Below, one piece after another: positions 52,332 to 60,258 of a stretch of 64,000 nt of DNA. The notes beneath the pieces were generated by a model. It was not told where the DNA came from, did no database searches, and worked only from the letters and a program-made list of their open reading frames with translations. The translations under genes were made by a program, and so were the position numbers. Location: the sequence record LR756504.1; one strand, 5' to 3'. The number at the start of each line of letters is the position of its first letter. Position 1 is the stretch's first letter.

Positions 52332-52523
52332 CTATTCGTCTAAAAGTTGATTGATAATTTCTGTTCTATTTAAATATAAATCATCTTGATGTATTATAAG
52401 AATTCCTATTTCTGTAATTATGGAGCAATTATCATCAAAAGTGTAGTGGCTGAATATAGCAGGTACATTATCTAATGTGCATTTAACTTTAACCAGATCG
52501 CCTCTTTTAAATTTTCTATTCAT
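52332..52523 (-). CDS. Small hypothetical protein (SH3/KOW-like) with C-terminal RTEIINQLL
   Basis: FKRGDLVKVK start; 63 aa. Confidence 0.5.
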   Translation of the reverse strand: MNRKFKRGDLVKVKCTLDNVPAIFSHYTFDDNCSIITEIGILIIHQDDLYLNRTEIINQLLDE

Positions 52524-52578
52524 GTGTGAGTGTAAAGTATCATATATACTAAAAAACTTAAAATAGTTTTAATATATT

Positions 52579-53232
52579 ATGAAAGAAAGTTATTTAGCTA
52601 GTGTTATCATTGATTATTTTGAGAGGATGGGATATGAATCATATAAAGAAGTCATGTCCGATAAGGGTAGTAGAAGGAGTGATTGTTTTTTTGTTAAGAG
52701 AAATGAAAATGGTGATATTGAAGAAGGTATTATTGTTGAAACAAAAATTGCATATTCATTAAAAGTTTTTGAACAAGCTTTTAAACATAAAAATGAGGCA
52801 AATAAAGTTTTCATAGGTGTTCCAAAAGCAAAAAGAAAAGAATGGAAACTTAGAAAATTTGGAAATGATATTTGTAAAAATTATTTAAAAATTGGTGTGA
52901 TAGAAGTTGATAGTAACGATGTAGTTTATGAAACAGTTCAATCTGAGTATAATCCAAAGCCACAGTATCCTACTTTATATGAAGAACAAAAACTTAATAT
53001 TGCAGGAGATAAAGGAAAATACTTCACACTTTTTAAGAAGACTATAACGCTTATAAATGAATATTTACAAGACAAAGAAAAAGTGGAGTATAAAATTCTA
53101 ATAGAAAATATACACCACCATTATGCATCTAAAGCAAGTGCAACTAAAAGTTTGAAATCATACTTCGGTAGTTTGATACCTGGATATTTATTAATACAAG
53201 AAGGAAATAAATTATTTGTAAAAAAAGTTTAG
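52579..53232 (+). CDS. DUF2161-like PD-(D/E)xK nuclease
   Basis: E..L...V..YF...GY..Y.EV, SDCFFV, IVETK, EQA, V..GVP. Confidence 0.6.
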   Translation: MKESYLASVIIDYFERMGYESYKEVMSDKGSRRSDCFFVKRNENGDIEEGIIVETKIAYSLKVFEQAFKHKNEANKVFIGVPKAKRKEWKLRKFGNDICKNYLKIGVIEVDSNDVVYETVQSEYNPKPQYPTLYEEQKLNIAGDKGKYFTLFKKTITLINEYLQDKEKVEYKILIENIHHHYASKASATKSLKSYFGSLIPGYLLIQEGNKLFVKKV

Positions 53233-54425
53233 ACAGGTTTTGTTTCTTCTTTAATTTTAATATCTAAACTTTTAATTTTATTTTGAATGTTTTCTTCTGT
53301 TAATCGAATACTCCAAAATTCTTTTTTAAGATAAGGTTTTAGTTTATCATAAATTGCTGGTTTTCCAAGATTTTGAATATTCTCCATCCATTTAATAATT
53401 TCATTAATGTTTGGCTCTTTTTTAAGATTATATTTAACAAAATATGGATCGAACATTAAAGCTGATATATTTACGAAGGATTTATAAACTTCTTGTTTAT
53501 AAACCATATCTTTTATTTTACTAATAGCTATATCTCTTGCTTCTTCTACAGATACTTTTTTATTCTTGTTTTTAATATATTGTGTCGATTTATCGGAATC
53601 AATCCATATTCTTTTCTGTGTAGTTGTTGCAAAAGCAGGATGTGATGATAATATTCCTTTATGTAATATATTAGAATTCCAACTAGTAAACATCTTAGGA
53701 GTTCTTTCTGTAGGTAGATTTTCCCAATCAATTTGTGCGGATGCTTTTGCGACAGCTTCGGTATAAGTAATATCTACATATTCATCTTTCGTATGTTCAC
53801 CAAATACACCAGAAGAAATATTTGTACATTCGGGAATAACGCCCATAAATACAGCGGTATCGGTGAATATTCCGTAATTGTCTGGTTTGAATTCCATACC
53901 ATATTTACCAAATTCTTCTGAAAGTTTATTTGCGAAAATTAAACTTGTGGACTTACTACCTTTTTGATGTGTAATAATAGAACCATATTTTTTTCTATCA
54001 AAAGCAACTGCTCTATTAAATTTTGAAAAGAACTTCCTATTATTATTTAGAGCCCAATTAGAGCCTATAGCACCTACTTCTTCACCCACAAAGAAGTAAT
54101 ATGTACCAGGAACATTTTGTTCAATTAGATACATCAAAATACATACACCAGCTTTATTGTCACCACCTAATATTGTTGTGCCATCAGTACTTATAAAGGT
54201 AGTATCACCAACATTGTGAATATTATGTTTGACTTTACTTCTTTTTCTTGAAACAGTGTCTAAATGACATGTGAATAGAGTTTTACTATTTTCTCCAATA
54301 GTGATAAAATAATTACCTTTTTTATCTTTTTGAAGTCCTTTTGGTAAAAGATGTGATATACTATCTTCAGTACCATATGGTATAGTATATTCGGTTAGTG
54401 CTACAAATGTTTTTATAAAGTCCAT
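53229..54425 (-). CDS. M20/M28/M42-like zinc peptidase with MVYKQ C-terminal domain
   Basis: CHLDTV, LGGDNKAG, GEEVG, AFDRK, H..DE; IKDMVYKQEVY. Confidence 0.8.
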   Translation of the reverse strand: MDFIKTFVALTEYTIPYGTEDSISHLLPKGLQKDKKGNYFITIGENSKTLFTCHLDTVSRKRSKVKHNIHNVGDTTFISTDGTTILGGDNKAGVCILMYLIEQNVPGTYYFFVGEEVGAIGSNWALNNNRKFFSKFNRAVAFDRKKYGSIITHQKGSKSTSLIFANKLSEEFGKYGMEFKPDNYGIFTDTAVFMGVIPECTNISSGVFGEHTKDEYVDITYTEAVAKASAQIDWENLPTERTPKMFTSWNSNILHKGILSSHPAFATTTQKRIWIDSDKSTQYIKNKNKKVSVEEARDIAISKIKDMVYKQEVYKSFVNISALMFDPYFVKYNLKKEPNINEIIKWMENIQNLGKPAIYDKLKPYLKKEFWSIRLTEENIQNKIKSLDIKIKEETKPV

Positions 54426-54432
54426 AAAATTC

Positions 54433-54452
54433 TGTATTATAATACAAATTTA
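54433..54452 (-). promoter_or_regulatory. Bacteroidota-type -7 box TAAATTTG overlapped by the perfect palindrome TGTATTATAATACA
   Basis: caaattta at 54445-52; palindrome at 54433-46. Confidence 0.6.
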
Positions 54453-54492
54453 AGGAAATTTTATTAGAAATCCAAAAATATTAGAAAATTAT

Positions 54493-54861
54493 TTAATGTG
54501 ATTGTGATATAAGCTTCTTTCTTGATTTGGTATCAAAGATATAATTATGATTATATTCGAAGTATATGTAAAAATGATTCGTAGTTAAATTTTTAATGTG
54601 TACTATCTTAAATCCTATTTCTTTTTCCAAAATATCTACTAATTCTTTAATAGATTTCCTCTTTTCGATAGAATCTGTACTAAAACAGGTAGATATAAAG
54701 TTTTGACTATTGGACAATTCCTTTAATTTGTTCTTAACAGGCTTATCCATATGATAATTAACATCGAATATGTTAATATCAAAAGCCTTAATATTCCAAA
54801 TAGAGGAATCATTAAAGCTATTTAAGCTGTTAAATATTATATTTTTTATATTTTCTACCAT
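54493..54861 (-). CDS. Hypothetical protein (start probably 54861)
   Basis: TAATTTTG box at 54874-81 places the start at MVENIKN. Confidence 0.55.
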   Translation of the reverse strand: MVENIKNIIFNSLNSFNDSSIWNIKAFDINIFDVNYHMDKPVKNKLKELSNSQNFISTCFSTDSIEKRKSIKELVDILEKEIGFKIVHIKNLTTNHFYIYFEYNHNYIFDTKSRKKLISQSH

Positions 54862-54915
54862 ACAAATAATATACAAAATTAGTGATATTTTTTGACATTT
54901 CCAAATAAATATATA

Positions 54916-55020
54916 GAAATATAAGTAGTTAAATAATTACAAAGATATAGCGTTAGGACCGTTATGGCACGGCAATGTGTCTGAAAACCCATCAATTCGC
55001 TCCTGATGGGTTTTCTCATT
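54916..55020 (+). ncRNA. Candidate small RNA containing a segment complementary to 23S rRNA H69
   Basis: AATATATA motif at 54908-15, no ORF, locally GC-rich 54950-54983, terminator at 54983-55015. Confidence 0.35.
54983..55015. terminator. Bidirectional intrinsic terminator
   Basis: gaaaacccatca-attcgctcc-tgatgggttttc. Confidence 0.75.
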
Positions 55021-55024
55021 TTTG

Positions 55025-57184
55025 TTATTCGTCTTTAACTATAATTTGTTTCACTTTTCCGTTCGACACCGATATCGGACATTCTACACTATTCGAAATA
55101 ATTAGAACTTTACCTTTTATTTTACCTAAATTTAGATTATCGACGTAGCCATCAGTAATTAAAAGTGTATTAAATTCATTATATTTTTCCGCAATTAATT
55201 CAAATGCTGGATTAATCACAGTTCCACCACCACCCTTCGGCACAACTCTCTGTAGTTCTGCCATAGACTTAACGTTTTCTACAGAATGCACTTTTGTATC
55301 ACAGAAGATAAGATTTATTTCAATATCACTTCTAAATATAAAGGATAATGCTTTACTGTAATAACCACTCATAGAACCAGATGTATCGAGAATACAGTTT
55401 ATCTTAGCACCTAATTTTTTATTACCTTTTAACCCAGATATACCTTTACGGTTAGGTCTTGTAATAGATTTAGTTTTTACATGTCCTTTTATAAATGATA
55501 CACCTCTCTTAATTTCTTTAAGATAATCTTTCTTCTTTTTTTGAAGTTTTTCAAGAGTTCTTTCAATATCACCTGAAATCAAACCACGTGCTTTTAATTT
55601 TTCTTGAACATCTTTAACCATCTGTTCTCTCAATTCATCAGGTACACCATCTTGAATATGTGAATCTAAAAATTGTCCACCATTTTCATCTATATCCCTT
55701 AGAATATCTTCTACGCTATGACATTCTTGGTCATTTTTACCATTTTTGCCATATCCACTCTTATTTCCTTGATTTTCCGAATTTGCATCTGATCCACCTC
55801 CCATATTATCATCTTGAGATTTATCAAATTTATATTCAATGCGTCTATTTATACCCCTTTTATATTCTGATTTAAGCAATTTCTTATAAGTAGCATATTC
55901 TGGATTGTTGGCTACTTCTGCTCTTAGAATAGCAAGTGTATTATCATCAGTATCATTTTCAATAATTAATTCTGTATCCCCTTTACCTGATGCTTGAATC
56001 AAATTATTAGCAAGTCCAATAATTGTAGTCTTAGACTGTGCCATATTAGGTAGTGTAAGTCCTTTAACTCTCAAAATATTTCTAAGAGTATTTTCGTCCA
56101 TTTTATCCAATTCGGTAAAGCGATATTCTTTAAAAAGCATATCTATTTTATCACCTTGTTGACCATCTTCAACTTTTTTTAGTTCAACTTCTCTTTGTTT
56201 TTGTACTGTTTTATTTGCAATTTCTTCATATTTGAAAATAAATTCTAATTTATCATTTTCAGATTGGGTGGCTTCTTGTTCCATAATTGCCATACATAGT
56301 GTATATTTATCTATGTACATGTCAATATTTTCAATTACAGCATTTTTAAATAAATTAGCTCTTCTTTCTGATAAATCTTGATTATAATTAGCAGGAGAAC
56401 CATCAGGTATGAAACTATCAGTGTGTCCTATTACTTGGAAAGGAATACCTTGTTGCAAAGAAACTAATGCCTTTCTAGTAAAATTACCAATATATTTTTC
56501 ATACTCAGTTTTACTTTTTTCTATTAGAATGTCAGTAAAAATGGCGTGTTGTCCGTGATATTTTGTAGTCAATTCTATATGAGTTGGTCTATCTTCTTTT
56601 ACAAATAGTTCTCCAAATATTCTATTATCTTCTTTCTTTTGCTTTCTTTTTACAAATTCTTCTTTTCTACCTTTAAGGTAATCATATAGAATTTCAAATA
56701 CCCATTCACCCTCGTATTCTTTTGGTATAAATAATGCACTATTTCTACCAAAATGATCTTTTGGTATATCTACGAAATCGGGTTTAATATCTTGGATAAT
56801 AATCTGATTAATAATCATATCCTGTGCGATATTAGATAGCTCGTGATCAAATCCACCCATCCTAGTTCTTCTAGGGTGATTTAAAAGTAAATGGAAAAGC
56901 TCGTGTATATTCAAAAAATTTACTTGTTCTTGAGTTAGTTTGTCAATAAACTCAGGATTGTAGTAATAATTCATACCCTTCGATGTTACATTTACACCCG
57001 CTGTTTGTAGTTGTGGATCATTTGGGCGACAAAAGAAATTAACATGTAGTAAAAATTCACCATAATAAGGTAAATTTATTTTAGAATTTAACAACATCAT
57101 TTCAATGTTGTGTATGATTTTAGGGTGAAGTTCTGATGTTGCTACTGACATGCTATATTCCTCTTTATTTATACCTTTTATCAT
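55025..57184 (-). CDS. DUF2201-type metallopeptidase-vWA protein with inserted OmpA-like domain
   Basis: TAGV, HELFH (HExxH), NIAQD..IN; IGHTD, N..LSERRA, NRRIE; LDTSGSMS, GGGT, TDG. Confidence 0.8.
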   Translation of the reverse strand: MIKGINKEEYSMSVATSELHPKIIHNIEMMLLNSKINLPYYGEFLLHVNFFCRPNDPQLQTAGVNVTSKGMNYYYNPEFIDKLTQEQVNFLNIHELFHLLLNHPRRTRMGGFDHELSNIAQDMIINQIIIQDIKPDFVDIPKDHFGRNSALFIPKEYEGEWVFEILYDYLKGRKEEFVKRKQKKEDNRIFGELFVKEDRPTHIELTTKYHGQHAIFTDILIEKSKTEYEKYIGNFTRKALVSLQQGIPFQVIGHTDSFIPDGSPANYNQDLSERRANLFKNAVIENIDMYIDKYTLCMAIMEQEATQSENDKLEFIFKYEEIANKTVQKQREVELKKVEDGQQGDKIDMLFKEYRFTELDKMDENTLRNILRVKGLTLPNMAQSKTTIIGLANNLIQASGKGDTELIIENDTDDNTLAILRAEVANNPEYATYKKLLKSEYKRGINRRIEYKFDKSQDDNMGGGSDANSENQGNKSGYGKNGKNDQECHSVEDILRDIDENGGQFLDSHIQDGVPDELREQMVKDVQEKLKARGLISGDIERTLEKLQKKKKDYLKEIKRGVSFIKGHVKTKSITRPNRKGISGLKGNKKLGAKINCILDTSGSMSGYYSKALSFIFRSDIEINLIFCDTKVHSVENVKSMAELQRVVPKGGGGTVINPAFELIAEKYNEFNTLLITDGYVDNLNLGKIKGKVLIISNSVECPISVSNGKVKQIIVKDE

Positions 57185-57334
57185 TTAAAAAGCGAAATGT
57201 TTTAAATTTTCAATTATTTTTTTGGGATTTTAAACTACTTGTGGTTATATCACAAAGTTAAAATAACTAAAACATGAAGATTTTAAAGTATTCATGTTTT
57301 ATAACGTAAAAAAGTGTGAAATTGTTAAGTAACT

Positions 57335-57366
57335 AAAAACCCTGATTTAAAAAGTCAGGGTTTTTT
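57335..57366. terminator. Intrinsic terminator
   Basis: aaaaaccctga-tttaaaaag-tcagggttttt. Confidence 0.75.
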
Positions 57367-57385
57367 ATTATGCTAAAATGCATAA

Positions 57386-58651
57386 TTATTTTTTTCTTTG
57401 GTTCATAAATTTAGAAAAATTTAAAAGTGAAGATTCGTTTGTTTTTTTACATTTACAATTTTCACAACCTTTTTTACCACAACCGTTAGATTCATTTGTA
57501 AGCTTAACTGGATTTGGTTTTGTCATAGGAGTTTCAGTTCTGTTATTACAAATGTTATTATTATAGTCATAGTAATAGCCTTCTTCCTCTTCTTCCATTG
57601 ATTTTTCATCAGATTCATCATCATCTTCAAAGTTTTCCTCTTCGCCATCAAATTCATCGAAGTTATTTAATTTCGAATCTTCTTCAGTTGAAGTTTTTTC
57701 TGTTTCTGTTTCATCATCTTCCTCTTCTTCACCATCATCATCATATTCCGAATCATCAGAATTTTCATCTTCTTTATTTTCAAAGTTGTCAAAATTTAAA
57801 ATTGTTGATATAGCCGTAGGTTTAGTATCATCAACTAAAGGTGTCATAGTTTCCACTGTACCACGAATAGATGCTGTAGCATGACATAATTCTTTAATGC
57901 AAGTAGATGCACTTGTTGTATCAGTTTCAAAATTGTTATCGCAATCACCTAAAGTTTCTCCTTCTGAAATAGGGCAGAAAACATTACAATCTCCACCAAC
58001 AATCATAGCCATATTATTAGCAAAATTCAATAGTGATGATTTAACACTTTGATGTGCGTCTTCTTCACCTGTAATTACAGAGCCGAATACTTTATTTCTT
58101 AATTCTTTGTTTTTAAAATGGTTAGATAATCTTTCTAATGTAGTTTGTAATACTGAAGATATTTGTCCTTTCTTTAAATCAGAACAAACTATTATAGCAT
58201 CAGCTTCTTTAACAGCATCATAAACTTGAACCATACCGTCCATAGGTTCATCACCTTCTGATGCTGGTTGAATATTTAATTGAAAAAGTTGTACATCTTT
58301 GCAATTATCACTACAAAGTTTGTCTTTAAGTTTTGCGCTAATGATACTATTTACATTTTCTTTACCTATTGTAGATACCACACCAGACAAAAAAACTACT
58401 TTACATTCAGTATTAACAGAATTAACAGAAGGTACTGATGTGTGTTCAACAGATGGTTTAACTATTTCTTTTTGCTCATCTTTTGCGTCTTCTGTGTCTG
58501 TTTCTTCTTCAGAAGCATCCACATTTTCACCAGAAATGTTATTATCAGAAACGTTATCATCATCTTCTACTACATCATCAACAAACTCTTCTAATTTATT
58601 TGACCAATTTTCCTTTAAAAAAATGGAGAAATTTTTAAGAGATTTACTCAT
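57386..58651 (-). CDS. Flavodoxin-like (NADPH-dependent FMN reductase fold) domain between acidic low-complexity arms
   Basis: DGM..VYDAV.EADAIIV.S, LERL, L.NKVFGSVITG; D/E-rich flanks; Cys cluster near the C-terminus. Confidence 0.65.
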   Translation of the reverse strand: MSKSLKNFSIFLKENWSNKLEEFVDDVVEDDDNVSDNNISGENVDASEEETDTEDAKDEQKEIVKPSVEHTSVPSVNSVNTECKVVFLSGVVSTIGKENVNSIISAKLKDKLCSDNCKDVQLFQLNIQPASEGDEPMDGMVQVYDAVKEADAIIVCSDLKKGQISSVLQTTLERLSNHFKNKELRNKVFGSVITGEEDAHQSVKSSLLNFANNMAMIVGGDCNVFCPISEGETLGDCDNNFETDTTSASTCIKELCHATASIRGTVETMTPLVDDTKPTAISTILNFDNFENKEDENSDDSEYDDDGEEEEDDETETEKTSTEEDSKLNNFDEFDGEEENFEDDDESDEKSMEEEEEGYYYDYNNNICNNRTETPMTKPNPVKLTNESNGCGKKGCENCKCKKTNESSLLNFSKFMNQRKK

Positions 58652-58740
58652 TGAATTGAATTATATTTTTAGTATATATAAAATATCATATTTTACTTTT
58701 TACACGATGATACTCACAACTTTACCTTAATTATCAACTA

Positions 58741-59406
58741 TTATTCTACTGGGATAAGAGAACCATTTCTTTTAATAAGAAGTTCGGGTTGTTCATCATC
58801 ATGAATATTAATAATATATTGACCATCCCACATTTTTACTGGATCATAATTTATTACAGTATGTACGATTATATCATATTCACTAAAGCTTTTATATACA
58901 ACATTAATAGGAATTTGTAAATCGTTGGTATGATTGTGTAAATATCTTATCATGAATGAATTGTTATTAACATTATTAACATCAATATTTTTTAAAATAT
59001 GAAACTTATATTTAAATGCGAAATATACCATAGGCTTTATAGAACTCTTAATTAAATTTATTATTTCTGTTTCTGTGATGTTTCTTTCTTCCATTCTTTG
59101 TTTAACATGCTCTTCTTTAAAATAAATATTAAATTTGCAGTTAAATTCTTCAGTAAAATGTTTTCTAATTAAACTATTAGTATTTTTTGGCTCTTCAACA
59201 ACTTTTACAGTATTAGCCATTATTTCTGAATTGTTTAATCTCTTTCTTTTCTTGTTTTCTATATCATCAATATTAACTTTACCCAAAACTTTATATTCGG
59301 GTACTTGTGTTTTAAATGCTACTTCATCATTTTCTAAAATAATAGAAAATGATTCTTTTATAGTTAATTGATTGATATAATAGAAATAGTGTTTTAAATA
59401 CTTCAT
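58741..59406 (-). CDS. Hypothetical protein with DUF4258/BECR-like H..RM.ER.I motif and capsid-targeting-like N-terminus
   Basis: EHVKQRMEERNI...I..I, IIVHTVI; start MKYLKHY behind AATATATA. Confidence 0.5.
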   Translation of the reverse strand: MKYLKHYFYYINQLTIKESFSIILENDEVAFKTQVPEYKVLGKVNIDDIENKKRKRLNNSEIMANTVKVVEEPKNTNSLIRKHFTEEFNCKFNIYFKEEHVKQRMEERNITETEIINLIKSSIKPMVYFAFKYKFHILKNIDVNNVNNNSFMIRYLHNHTNDLQIPINVVYKSFSEYDIIVHTVINYDPVKMWDGQYIINIHDDEQPELLIKRNGSLIPVE

Positions 59407-59457
59407 AAAGTATATATTTATTTTAAAGTCAAACAAAATGCACTTTTATCTAATAAA

Positions 59458-60258
59458 TTAGAGATTTCTCAATCCTTGTAAAAATTTATCAAAATTTGTA
59501 TATACTGAACAATTTTTGTAGACATTATCTTTAAAATCCAAAAAATTATGATTGAAATATACTACATTTTCCATATAGTTGATTGATTTTCCAACTGAGC
59601 TACTTATTGACAAATTACCGCCCGCACCTACATTTATTGTACATACAGCACTCCTCATTAATGATGCATCATATTTTAGTTTCTCTAAATTTGATTCAGT
59701 ATTTCCTAGTTTATCCACAGTTAAATCTATACATTTTATATCTTTAATATATGGATACATACTATAAACTAAATTGGGTAATTTATTATATTCAATTGTT
59801 TTTTCAACTTCTTTCTCACCCATTAATATTATATTATATTTTAAAGATAGTTCATTTAGAACTGTTTTAAAGAATGGTAATAATTTTAAAAATTTATCAT
59901 GATGTAAATCTCTAATTTTAGTATTAATACAAATATAATTAGAATATTGAACTTCATATGGAGCTAAAACTGATGATAAATCAATTATACTTTCTGGTAC
60001 TTTTCTGTTTCTAAGATCTGACCAATTTAAAGGGTTTTCGTGTAAGGTGGGGGATTTAGATATTGAAAATCCATGTTCGTGATAAACAGTTTTTAAAAAT
60101 TCGTATGAAAAATCTACTATTTTAGGATTAGAAATATAACTTTTAATTATAGCATCATGAAACCCAACTTCTATTGGTTGAGTTTTAAGAATATGTAGTA
60201 AATAAGACTTGGTTAATATAATATCACCTATTCCAAGAAACAACTTTATCTTAAACAT
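59458..60258 (-). CDS. Glycosyltransferase family 9-like protein
   Basis: GIGD N-terminus, IILMGE, GAGGNL; inside the sugar cluster. Confidence 0.5.
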   Translation of the reverse strand: MFKIKLFLGIGDIILTKSYLLHILKTQPIEVGFHDAIIKSYISNPKIVDFSYEFLKTVYHEHGFSISKSPTLHENPLNWSDLRNRKVPESIIDLSSVLAPYEVQYSNYICINTKIRDLHHDKFLKLLPFFKTVLNELSLKYNIILMGEKEVEKTIEYNKLPNLVYSMYPYIKDIKCIDLTVDKLGNTESNLEKLKYDASLMRSAVCTINVGAGGNLSISSSVGKSINYMENVVYFNHNFLDFKDNVYKNCSVYTNFDKFLQGLRNL

